DNA of 14,411 bases from Candidatus Zixiibacteriota bacterium (GTDB lineage: Bacteria > Zixibacteria > MSB-5A5 > CAIYYT01), in contig JBECKX010000192.1 of assembly GCA_040235515.1 (NCBI GenBank), positions 1 through 14,411 of the forward strand. Direction: 5' to 3'. The position numbers and the translations under genes were made by a program. The notes under the pieces were generated by a model. That model made no database searches. It was not told where the DNA came from and worked only from the letters and a program-made list of their open reading frames with translations. Below, one piece after another: positions 1-6,525 of the stretch. The number at the start of each line of letters is the position of its first letter. Within the stretch, counting starts at the first letter, position 1.

Positions 1-73
1 AGCGCGAGTAGTTTCTGTGGGCGGCGATCTGCGAGGAGCGGATTGTGAATTGAATCCAATCAGTATTCTGTGA

Positions 74-97
74 GCGGTGTACGTCCTCGTGCACCGC
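74..97 (+). repeat. 24-bp imperfect palindromic REP-like repeat, copy 1
   Basis: GCGGTGTACGTCCTCGTGCACCGC; its exact reverse complement is at 6442-6465. Confidence 0.8.
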
Positions 98-113
98 TTT
101 GCATCTGCGGAAT

Positions 114-173
114 ACACACCCCGTCTCACAACGCCGCCATGGCGGCCTTGTGATCCACCCCTCTCGAGAGGGG
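114..173 (+). repeat. Fixed-flank / variable-hairpin repeat, copy 1
   Basis: ACACACCCCGTC, then hairpin TCACAA-C-GCCGCC-AT-GGCGGC-C-TTGTGA, then CACCCCTCTCGAGAGGGG; the flanks recur at 3017-3079 and 3359-3423. Confidence 0.8.
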
Positions 174-216
174 AGATTGGCATGATCGACACTAGTGTGG
201 GAAGCCCTCCATGAAT

Positions 217-240
217 GGTGCCCCACCGCTTGCGGTGGGC
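217..240 (+). repeat. GGTG-tagged palindromic repeat, copy 1
   Basis: GGTGCCCCACCGC-TT-GCGGTGGG; near-identical copy at 5858-5881. Confidence 0.75.
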
Positions 241-248
241 ATAAATCT

Positions 249-278
249 TGTGGCCGCCAACCATCCTCGTCTGGCGGC
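249..278 (+). repeat. TGTGG-tagged REP-like palindrome
   Basis: TGTGGCCGCCAACCATCCTCGTCTGGCGGC with arms GCCGCCA/TGGCGGC; a related inverted copy at 5808-5834 shares TGTGGC...CCTCGTCTG. Confidence 0.55.
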
Positions 279-309
279 TGCGAATCGCGGCGCACGATCA
301 CTCATCCAA

Positions 310-345
310 CCCTCACCCCGGCCCTCTCCCTTGCAAGGGAGAGGG
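310..345 (+). repeat. BoxC-like potential intrastrand-triplex repeat, copy A
   Basis: CCCTCACCCC-GG-CCCTCTCCC-TTGCAA-GGGAGAGGG; inverted copies at 2424-2462 and 3267-3305. Confidence 0.8.
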
Positions 346-386
346 AGAAGATATCTGTCATGCCGTTCTGCGGTTTAAGATCTGTG

Positions 387-455
387 GTAGGGGCGAGTGG
401 CACTCGCCCGGAGGCATCCTGTTCGTGTATGAGGGCGAATGCCATTCGCCCCTAC
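387..455. repeat. GTAG-family REP doublet (REPIN/BIME-like)
   Basis: GTAG-GGGCGAGTG-G-CACTCGCCC (387-409), spacer, then inverted partner GGGCGAATG-C-CATTCGCCC-CTAC (433-455). Confidence 0.85.
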
Positions 456-490
456 GTATCAAAGGCGAGTCATTCCCATGCGCCGTCAGG

Positions 491-519
491 CGTCATCCCT
501 GACTCGATCCGGGATCCAG
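491..519 (+). repeat. CGTC-tagged palindromic repeat
   Basis: CGTCATCCCTGACTCGATCCGGGATCCAG resembles the CGTCATCCCGG...CCGGGATCCA class of repeats; a second GTCATTCCC head lies at about 469. Confidence 0.6.
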
Positions 520-553
520 GAGATCGTTAGTTACTGTGTAGCTAATGCGCAAA

Positions 554-573
554 GCAGCATGCTGCGCCCCCAC
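554..573 (-). repeat. Degenerate GTRG REP just downstream of hutU
   Basis: Minus strand GTGGGGGCGCAGCATGCTGC, related to GTAGGGGCTCAGCATGCTGAGCCC at 2293-2316. Confidence 0.55.
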
Positions 574-581
574 GCCCCCCC

Positions 582-2234
582 CTACCCCATCGGGATCTTG
601 ATATCGGGATGGTCCTTGGCGAATGACTTGGCTTCATCGTAGCCGGCGTCGACGTGGCGCATGACGCCCGTACCGGGGTCGTTGGTGAGGACACGCGAAA
701 GGCGCTTGGCCATTTCATCTGTACCATCGGCGACCACTACCATTCCCGCATGTATCGAATAGCCGATCCCCACGCCGCCACCGTGATGAATGCTCACCCA
801 GCTTGCGCCCGAGGCCGTATTGAGCATGGCATTGAGCAACGGCCAGTCGGCGATGACATCGGAGCCATCCTTCATCGACTCGGTCTCGCGGTTGGGGGAC
901 GCCACCGATCCACAGTCAAGATGATCACGACCAATCACGATGGGAGCCTTGATTTTGCCCGACTTGACCAGGTCGTTGATAATCAGCCCGAACTTCTCGC
1001 GTTCGCCGTAACCAAGCCAGCAGATGCGTGAAGGCAAACCCTGAAATGCCACCTTCTCCGCCGCCAGGTTAATCCAGCGCACAAGTGGCTCGTTGTCAGA
1101 GAATTCCTTCTTGATCACTTCATCGGTAACAGCAATATCAGCCGGATCACCTGAAAGCGCCGCCCAGCGGAACGGGCCCTTGCCTTCACAGAAAAGCGGG
1201 CGGATGTAGGCGGGGACGAATCCCGGAAAGGCGAACGCATCCTTGAGACCGTTGGCAAACGCCTGCCCGCGCAGGTTGTTGCCGTAGTCGAAGACGACGG
1301 CACCCTTGTTCTGCATATCGATCATCGCCTGCGTGTGGGCTACCATCGAGGCAAAGGAGCGCCTGCGGTAGTCCTCGGGGTCAGATTTGCGCAGCTTGAG
1401 GGCATCCTCATACGGAATACCGTGCGGCACGTAGCCGTTCAGCTCATCATGCGCGGAGGTTTGATCGGTCACCATATCGGGGATGATGCCGCGTTGCACC
1501 ATATCGGGCAAGATGTCGGCGCAATTGCCGACTAATCCGATCGAGAGGGGCTGTTTCTTCGACTTTGCCTCTTCCACCCACTTCAGCGCTTCCTCAAGTG
1601 AGTGCGTCTTCTTGTCACAAAAGCGTGTTTCGAGACGGCGGTCGATGCGGTGTTCATCCACCTCGATGCAGAGGATGACTGCCCCGTTCATCGTTGCGGC
1701 CAACGGCTGGGCACCACCCATGCCTCCCATGCCGCCGGTGAGGATGAATTTGCCAGCGAGATCGCCCCCGAAGTGCTTGTTGCCCGCAGCGGCGAAGGTC
1801 TCATAGGTACCCTGTAGGATTCCCTGGGTACCGATGTAGATCCAGGAACCAGCGGTCATCTGGCCATACATGATCAGGCCAAGCTTCTCCAATTCGCGAA
1901 ACTTCTCCCAGGTAGCCCAGTGTGGGACCATGTTGGAATTGGCGATAAGCACGCGCGGTGAATACTCATGCGTACGAAAAATCCCGACCGGTTTGCCTGA
2001 TTGGATCAGAAGCGTTTCATCAGCTTCGAGTTCCTTCAAGCTGCGAACGATCGCATGGTAACAATCCCAGTTGCGGGCGGCTTTGCCGGAACCGCCATAG
2101 ATGATGAGATTATCGGTATCCTCGGCAACGGCGGGATCGAGGTTATTATTGAGCATGCGCAGGGCGGCCTCTTGCTGCCAGCCTTTGCACTGCAGGGGGG
2201 CATCTTTGCTATTTCTAAACGCGGTTTGCGGCAT
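582..2234 (-). CDS. hutU: Urocanate hydratase (histidine utilisation)
   Basis: HutU motifs [59 protein letters not shown] and HHGGGVG. Start placed at ATG 2234 because GGAGGA (complement of 2242-2247) lies just upstream; the ORF-track start at 2249 overlaps that RBS. Confidence 0.97.
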   Translation of the reverse strand: MPQTAFRNSKDAPLQCKGWQQEAALRMLNNNLDPAVAEDTDNLIIYGGSGKAARNWDCYHAIVRSLKELEADETLLIQSGKPVGIFRTHEYSPRVLIANSNMVPHWATWEKFRELEKLGLIMYGQMTAGSWIYIGTQGILQGTYETFAAAGNKHFGGDLAGKFILTGGMGGMGGAQPLAATMNGAVILCIEVDEHRIDRRLETRFCDKKTHSLEEALKWVEEAKSKKQPLSIGLVGNCADILPDMVQRGIIPDMVTDQTSAHDELNGYVPHGIPYEDALKLRKSDPEDYRRRSFASMVAHTQAMIDMQNKGAVVFDYGNNLRGQAFANGLKDAFAFPGFVPAYIRPLFCEGKGPFRWAALSGDPADIAVTDEVIKKEFSDNEPLVRWINLAAEKVAFQGLPSRICWLGYGEREKFGLIINDLVKSGKIKAPIVIGRDHLDCGSVASPNRETESMKDGSDVIADWPLLNAMLNTASGASWVSIHHGGGVGIGYSIHAGMVVVADGTDEMAKRLSRVLTNDPGTGVMRHVDAGYDEAKSFAKDHPDIKIPMG

Positions 2235-2257
2235 CGTGTAATCCTCCAATGAAGGGG

Positions 2258-2286
2258 AATTTAGGGAAATGGGCGGGAGAGGTCAA
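2258..2286 (-). promoter_or_regulatory. Putative sigma70 promoter of hutU
   Basis: Minus strand TTGACC (2286-2281), 17-bp spacer, TAAATT (2263-2258), just upstream of the RBS. Confidence 0.6.
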
Positions 2287-2292
2287 GCGGTC

Positions 2293-2316
2293 GTAGGGGC
2301 TCAGCATGCTGAGCCC
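2293..2316 (+). repeat. Single GTAG REP
   Basis: GTAG followed by the perfect palindrome GGGCTCAGCATGCTGAGCCC. Confidence 0.75.
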
Positions 2317-2336
2317 GATTGAAACAGACAGAATTG

Positions 2337-2409
2337 GTAGGTCACGCCTTCTTGAGGCGTGACGCGGCGCGTATTGGAGACTTTCAAGCCCCAAGAGGGC
2401 TTGACCTAC
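2337..2409. repeat. GTAG-family REP doublet, second sequence type
   Basis: GTAG-GTCACGCCT-TCTTG-AGGCGTGAC (2337-2363) and an inverted partner reading GTAG-GTCAAGCCC-TCTTG-GGGCTTGAA on the minus strand (2409-2383). Confidence 0.85.
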
Positions 2410-2423
2410 GAGACTCTGTTTCT

Positions 2424-2462
2424 CCCCTCTCCCAGTCGTGGGAGAGGGGCTGGGGGTGAGGG
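2424..2462 (-). repeat. BoxC-like repeat, copy B
   Basis: Minus strand CCCTCACCCCCAG-CCCCTCTCCCA-CGAC-TGGGAGAGGGG. Confidence 0.8.
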
Positions 2463-2577
2463 CGGTGGGGTGAAAGCGAGGTCTGAGCATACCGCGAGAT
2501 TTGGGTTGCCCCTGAGACACACCCCCTCTTCCGACTCCGACCAATTAGCCCAAAACCAACTTCTAACAAATTTCCAT

Positions 2578-2605
2578 TTGCTCAGAGATTGTGAATGTGT
2601 AATAT
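2578..2605 (+). promoter_or_regulatory. Possible promoter of the 69-aa gene
   Basis: TTGCTC (2578-2583), 16-bp spacer, TAATAT (2600-2605) in an AT-rich patch. Confidence 0.35.
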
Positions 2606-2705
2606 CCTCGTCTGACATCGAAGGGTTCGACTCACCGAGCCTGCAAAAGGTACGCCGACTTTTTACTTACCGTTACGTCGTTCAAGAGTCTATGGAGGAC
2701 TTGAA

Positions 2706-2915
2706 ATGAAACTTACCGAGACATTCGTCAGCAAACAGGGTGATCTGCGCGGAGCCGAGTTAAAGGGTTTCATGCAGCCGGGAAATGATGACCAGTTGCT
2801 GCTGCTGTTCGAGAAGGATGGCAAGCTGATGGCGCTTAATATCAGCGAACACCGCAATGGTGACAACATGACGATGGGCACCGAGCTGGACTATTTCGAA
2901 ATGCTGGGTGAATAG
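2706..2915 (+). CDS. Small hypothetical protein (69 aa, acidic, no TM segment)
   Basis: ATG with GGAGGA (2694-2699) 6 nt upstream, GC3-rich codons like the housekeeping genes, and a downstream terminator; no family recognised. Confidence 0.75.
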   Translation: MKLTETFVSKQGDLRGAELKGFMQPGNDDQLLLLFEKDGKLMALNISEHRNGDNMTMGTELDYFEMLGE

Positions 2916-2958
2916 CTGAGCAGAGAACTCAGCCACGATCTTCAGAAGCAAGATACTG

Positions 2959-3007
2959 CGCGGCGTTTCCTCTCGTTGATGCGAGGCTGGAAGCGCCGCG
3001 TTTTTTT
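2959..3007 (+). terminator. Intrinsic terminator of the 69-aa gene
   Basis: CGCGGCGTTTCC (2959-2970) pairs with GGAAGCGCCGCG (2989-3000, one G-U), followed by T7. Confidence 0.8.
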
Positions 3008-3016
3008 ATGGGCGGG

Positions 3017-3079
3017 ACACACCCCCGTCGTTATGACTCTGCTACGCATAGTCATCACGACGACCCCTCTCAAGAGGGG
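3017..3079 (+). repeat. Fixed-flank / variable-hairpin repeat, copy 2
   Basis: ACACACCCC, then hairpin CGTCGT-T-ATGACT-C-TGC-TAC-GCA-T-AGTCAT-C-ACGACG, then ACCCCTCTCAAGAGGGG. Confidence 0.8.
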
Positions 3080-3113
3080 TTTGGCTACCATCGGAGGTTT
3101 GCACGTGTACAGT

Positions 3114-3225
3114 GGTTGCGTTGGGTCTTGTTCCGATGAGCGCTAGCGCACATCGGGATGTGACCCGACGCATGGGCTGCTGGGTGCCGTCACGTGACAC
3201 GCCGAGGCGGCGCAAGACGTGACGG
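3114..3225 (+). repeat. Two tandem GGTT/GGTG-tagged palindromes, each with an extra hairpin in its loop
   Basis: TGCGTTGGGTC (3117-3127) / GACCCGACGCA (3162-3172) encloses TTCCGATG/CATCGGGA; GGTG-CCGTCACGT (3187-3195) / ACGTGACGG (3217-3225) encloses CGCC-GA-GGCG. Confidence 0.6.
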
Positions 3226-3266
3226 AACAGATAATCGGACGAGCACGCGCCGTGCAAGATGTGTCT

Positions 3267-3305
3267 CCCCTCGCCCACTCGTGGGAGAGGGGCCGGGGGT
3301 GAGGG
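3267..3305 (-). repeat. BoxC-like repeat, copy C
   Basis: Minus strand CCCTCACCCCCGG-CCCCTCTCCCA-CGAG-TGGGCGAGGGG. Confidence 0.8.
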
Positions 3306-3358
3306 CGATCGAGCGAGAACGCGAGATTGGCTATGTGCGAGACTTCAGGAGTACTGAT

Positions 3359-3423
3359 ACACACCCCGTCTCCCGAGTGATTCGCTCCGCGAATGGCTCG
3401 GGAGCCACCCCTCTCGAGAGGGG
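3359..3423 (+). repeat. Fixed-flank / variable-hairpin repeat, copy 3
   Basis: ACACACCCCGT, then hairpin CTCCCGAGT-G-ATTCGC-TCC-GCGAAT-G-GCTCGGGAG, then CCACCCCTCTCGAGAGGGG. Confidence 0.8.
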
Positions 3424-3445
3424 AACTTTGCGGGCTGGGGCGGAT

Positions 3446-5698
3446 CTACACCCCTACCGGCTTCTCCTCGGCAACCGACATGATCCGGCCGATCGAGTTG
3501 AAGTAGCGGTCATCTAGCGAGACGAGATCAACATGAATGTCATCATTGACCTTCAACTCACGACCACCAACTTCACCTATCGCCTGGAGCGGAATCTGCA
3601 TTGAGGATGCCAGCTGCTTGAGCTTGCCTTCATGCTCAGGTGCAGCGCTGAGCAGGACGCGCGACTGCGATTCGCCAAAATAGAGGGCATCTTTACGAAG
3701 AGTAACCGGAAGACTGGTCGTTGCACCAAGCGGCTTCTCCCGATCGAAGATGCAGGCTTCCGCAAGTGCCACCGCAAGTCCGCCATCGGAGAGATCATGC
3801 GCAGAGCGAACCAGATCTTGCTGGATTGCGGCGAGGATGAACCGGTGCAGCTTCTTCTCAAACTCGAGATCGATTGCAGGAGCATCCCCTTCAACCAGCC
3901 CGTGCATAACTTTGATATACTCCGATCCGCCCAACTCTACCCGCGTTTCCCCAGCGAGCAATATCTTGTCACCCGCCTGCTGGAAATGGCTCTGAGTGAT
4001 ATGATCTATATCCTCGATGATGCCAAGCATCCCGATTGTCGGGGTCGGATACACCGCCCGTTTCGGGTCTTCATTGTAGAAGGAGACATTGCCACCTGTG
4101 ACGGGAGTCTCGAACACGCGGCAGGCCTCTCCCATACCCTTGACCGCTTCCGCAAACTGGTAGTACATCTCCGGTTTGTAAGGATTGCCGAAATTGAGGC
4201 AGTTGGTGATCGCAACTGGCTTCGCGCCGCTGCAGGCGACATTTCGCGCCGACTCTGCCACCGCTATCTGCGCACCGATGCGCGGATTGAGGTAGACATA
4301 ACGACCGTTGCAATCCGTGGAGACGGCAAGTGCCTTACGGCTGTGGCGTATGCGAACGACAGCAGCATCGGAACCGGGACCGATTACGGTATTGGTGCGC
4401 ACCATTGAGTCGTATTGATCGAAAATCCACCGTTTTGAAGCTATGTTCGGCGATCCCATCAACTTCAACAAGACATCACTGTAGTTGTCTGGCTCTGGAA
4501 GTCTGGAAAAATCGAAGCTATGTTTCTCATCCAGGTATGCCGGGCGCTTCTGCTCGCGCGTGTAAACGGGAGCGCTGCCGCCAAGCACCAATGTCTCAGC
4601 CGGAATGTCGGCTTTGACTTCCCCACCCATGCGTACGACCATGCGGTTGCCTGATGTTACCTTGCCGATTTCGACGCAGTTCAGATCCCACTTGTCGAAG
4701 ATCTCCTTGATGCGGGCTTCGTTGCCTTTCTTGCCGACAACGAGCATCCGCTCCTGCGACTCGGAGAGCATGATTTCGTAAGCGGTCATACGTTCCTCAC
4801 GCACAGGGACTTTGTCCAGATCGATTTCGATCCCCGACTTGCCTTTGGCGGACATTTCGGAGGAACAACAGGTCAGACCGGCGGCGCCCATGTCCTGCAC
4901 ACCGACGATCAGATCCTCTTTGATGATCTCAAGGGTAGCCTCAAGCAGCAATTTCTCGGTGAAAGGGTCCCCGATTTGAACCGACGGTCGTTTCGATTCG
5001 GAAGCCTCTGAGATCTCTTCCGAGGCAAATGTTGCTCCATGGATGCCGTCGCGACCGGTCGAGGAGCCAACGATAAAGACCGGGCTGCCTTCGATCTCGG
5101 CGATTGCGGAAGCCATCCGGTCGGTCTTGCAGATGCCGACTGCCATTGCGTTGATCAGCGGGTTGGCGCTGTAGCAATCCTCGAAATAGATTTCCCCGCC
5201 CACGGTCGGCACCCCGAATGAATTGCCGTAGTCACCGATGCCGCGGATGGCGCCATCAAGAAGATAGCGGGCGCGCGGGTCGCTCAAGGGACCGAAACGC
5301 AGCGAATTGAGTGCGGCAATCGGGCGGGCTCCCATGCAGAAGATATCGCGCAGGATTCCGCCGACCCCCGTGGCAGCACCCTGGTATGGTTCTACAGCCG
5401 AGGGATGGTTGTGCGATTCGATTTTGAATACGACAGCATTGCCATCGCCAAGGTCGACCGCGCCGGCATTCTCCTCGCCAGCTTCAGCCAGCAGGGCTGG
5501 ACCGGAACGCGGGAGGGTCTTGAGCAGCGCAATCGAGTTCTTATAGGAGCAATGCTCCGACCACATTACCGAGAATATCCCCAGTTCCGTAAACGAGGGT
5601 TCCCGACCGAGGATTTCGAGGATTTTCTGGTATTCTTCTTCGGTCAGGCCATGATCTTTGACCAATTCCGGTGTGATTTTCGGTTCAAGCGGTGCCAT
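3446..5698 (-). CDS. purL: Phosphoribosylformylglycinamidine synthase subunit PurL (small type)
   Basis: 750 aa; motifs [62 protein letters not shown] and [17 protein letters not shown] (complement of 5710-5715). Confidence 0.97.
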   Translation of the reverse strand: MAPLEPKITPELVKDHGLTEEEYQKILEILGREPSFTELGIFSVMWSEHCSYKNSIALLKTLPRSGPALLAEAGEENAGAVDLGDGNAVVFKIESHNHPSAVEPYQGAATGVGGILRDIFCMGARPIAALNSLRFGPLSDPRARYLLDGAIRGIGDYGNSFGVPTVGGEIYFEDCYSANPLINAMAVGICKTDRMASAIAEIEGSPVFIVGSSTGRDGIHGATFASEEISEASESKRPSVQIGDPFTEKLLLEATLEIIKEDLIVGVQDMGAAGLTCCSSEMSAKGKSGIEIDLDKVPVREERMTAYEIMLSESQERMLVVGKKGNEARIKEIFDKWDLNCVEIGKVTSGNRMVVRMGGEVKADIPAETLVLGGSAPVYTREQKRPAYLDEKHSFDFSRLPEPDNYSDVLLKLMGSPNIASKRWIFDQYDSMVRTNTVIGPGSDAAVVRIRHSRKALAVSTDCNGRYVYLNPRIGAQIAVAESARNVACSGAKPVAITNCLNFGNPYKPEMYYQFAEAVKGMGEACRVFETPVTGGNVSFYNEDPKRAVYPTPTIGMLGIIEDIDHITQSHFQQAGDKILLAGETRVELGGSEYIKVMHGLVEGDAPAIDLEFEKKLHRFILAAIQQDLVRSAHDLSDGGLAVALAEACIFDREKPLGATTSLPVTLRKDALYFGESQSRVLLSAAPEHEGKLKQLASSMQIPLQAIGEVGGRELKVNDDIHVDLVSLDDRYFNSIGRIMSVAEEKPVGV

Positions 5699-5750
5699 AT
5701 GCGATTACGCCTCCTATGCGCTGCTGCCGGGGTAGCCCAGCAAAGAGGCC

Positions 5751-5779
5751 AAATTAAGGGGAATTGCGAGTTGTGGCAA
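5751..5779 (-). promoter_or_regulatory. Putative sigma70 promoter of purL
   Basis: Minus strand TTGCCA (5779-5774), 17-bp spacer, TAATTT (5756-5751). Confidence 0.5.
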
Positions 5780-5807
5780 GGGGGATCTTGTGCGGCAATG
5801 AAAGCGA

Positions 5808-5834
5808 GGCAGACGAGGGCGGCTGCCAGCCACA
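5808..5834 (-). repeat. TGTGG-tagged REP-like palindrome, inverted relative of 249-278
   Basis: Minus strand TGTGGCTGGCAGCCGCCCTCGTCTGCC with arms GGCAG/CTGCC. Confidence 0.55.
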
Positions 5835-5857
5835 TTTGTCTTGATTTTATAGGCCTG

Positions 5858-5881
5858 GGTGCCCCACCGCTCTGCGGTGGG
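5858..5881 (+). repeat. GGTG-tagged palindromic repeat, copy 2
   Basis: GGTGCCCCACCGC-TCT-GCGGTGGG, matching 217-240 except in the loop. Confidence 0.75.
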
Positions 5882-5906
5882 AGATTCTTTCCGGGGCAAA
5901 ATAATA

Positions 5907-6082
5907 GACCGGGTGACCCAGCTATGTTCTCCCAGTTAGGGATCAAACTCGTTTCTCCGCCTTCCGATGGGGAGAAATCGGTCCTCTTAGGTATTGGTTT
6001 TCGCTCGCGGCCAGTGTTTCAGGCCATGTGAGCCGACCAGGCCGGGGATAACCGGTCTTAATAATACCTGGGTCTCCCGGTC
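5907..6082 (-). ncRNA. Candidate structured non-coding RNA, 176 nt, family unassigned
   Basis: Ends GACCGGGTGACCCAG (5907-5921) and CTGGGTCTCCCGGTC (6068-6082) are complementary at 14 of 15 positions, with several internal hairpins. A minus-strand promoter would initiate at about 6084 and a TATTATTTT tail follows. Strand is assigned from the promoter only. Confidence 0.55.
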
Positions 6083-6089
6083 GCATTAA

Positions 6090-6119
6090 AATATACGGGC
6101 TACTCCCCGTTTGCGTCAA
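6090..6119 (-). promoter_or_regulatory. Putative sigma70 promoter driving the 176-nt element
   Basis: Minus strand TTGACG (6119-6114), 18-bp spacer, TATATT (6095-6090), with AT-rich upstream sequence. Confidence 0.6.
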
Positions 6120-6161
6120 TATTATTCGTATTCTCACTGAAAATTTAGCTGCATGAAGTTC

Positions 6162-6189
6162 TTGCTTTCGGCCCGGGAAGGCGTATAAT
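6162..6189 (+). promoter_or_regulatory. Putative sigma70 promoter of rpmB
   Basis: TTGCTT (6162-6167), 16-bp spacer, consensus TATAAT (6184-6189); GGAGG RBS at 6222-6226. Confidence 0.65.
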
Positions 6190-6233
6190 ACGGGTCTAAT
6201 ATATTATGGCTTATTCTGAGCGGAGGAAAAAAA

Positions 6234-6425
6234 TTGTCTCGAGTTTGCGATATCTGCGGCAAAGGTCCGCAATTTGGACAGAACGTCTCGCACGCGCATA
6301 ATACGACGAAGCGCAGATTCAACCCGAATCTCCACGCTACCCGTGCCCGGGTGAATGGTCAGACCAAGAAGCTGAAGGTGTGCACCCGTTGCCTCAAGGC
6401 CGGCAAGGTCGAGAAGGTACATTAG
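6234..6425 (+). CDS. rpmB: 50S ribosomal protein L28
   Basis: [33 protein letters not shown]...KVCTRCLK is typical L28 with two CxxC motifs; TTG start with GGAGG RBS. Confidence 0.96.
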   Translation: MSRVCDICGKGPQFGQNVSHAHNTTKRRFNPNLHATRARVNGQTKKLKVCTRCLKAGKVEKVH

Positions 6426-6441
6426 ACGCGAGAGCGAAATC

Positions 6442-6465
6442 GCGGTGCACGAGGACGTACACCGC
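6442..6465 (-). repeat. 24-bp REP-like repeat, copy 2 (inverted)
   Basis: Exact reverse complement of 74-97; preceded on the minus strand by GGTGC. Confidence 0.8.
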
Positions 6466-6478
6466 GCACCAAACTACT

Positions 6479-6504
6479 GGGCACGCACAGCGTGCCCTTT
6501 TTTT
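6479..6504 (+). terminator. Intrinsic terminator of rpmB
   Basis: GGGCACGC-ACA-GCGTGCCC followed by T7. Confidence 0.8.
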
Positions 6505-6525
6505 GCCGAGAGACCCGGCCGATCT

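Noticed and set aside
195..642. Short ORFs 195-530, 248-502 and 439-642
   Set aside because: They are translations of the repeat mosaic with no RBS or family signature.
2623..2633. tRNA T-arm-like GGGTTCGACTC
   Set aside because: No acceptor, D or anticodon arms and no CCA; better explained as part of a leader hairpin.
2359..2709. 116-aa plus-strand ORF overlapping the 69-aa gene start
   Set aside because: It runs through GC-rich REP and BoxC-like repeats, has no convincing RBS and shows no protein-like motif.
3017..3423. CRISPR-like repeat/spacer reading of the constant-flank repeats
   Set aside because: Copies are dispersed rather than tandem, the variable parts are self-complementary hairpins, left and right flanks differ, and no cas gene is present.
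3042..3517. Short ORFs 3042-3278, 3143-3364 and 3194-3517
   Set aside because: They cross palindromic repeats, have repeat-derived Arg/Pro/Gly-rich composition and lack an RBS.
582..5698. Functional imidazole-metabolism cluster linking hutU and purL
   Set aside because: They are separated by an opposite-strand gene and repeat clusters, have separate promoter candidates, and I see no shared regulatory motif.
5907..6082. Retron msr-msd interpretation of the end-paired 176-nt element
   Set aside because: No reverse transcriptase is adjacent; the neighbours are purL and rpmB.
6068..6110. yybP-ykoY (Mn2+) riboswitch-like words GGGGAGTAGC...GAGACC on the minus strand
   Set aside because: Only about 20 nt separate the words, too few for the other helices of the aptamer; the first word lies inside the promoter spacer, and no metal transporter follows.
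5644..6137. Minus-strand ORFs 5644-5946, 5714-5899 and 5943-6137 as leader peptides or genes
   Set aside because: They have no clear RBS and overlap the purL start, repeats or predicted promoters; no recognisable product.
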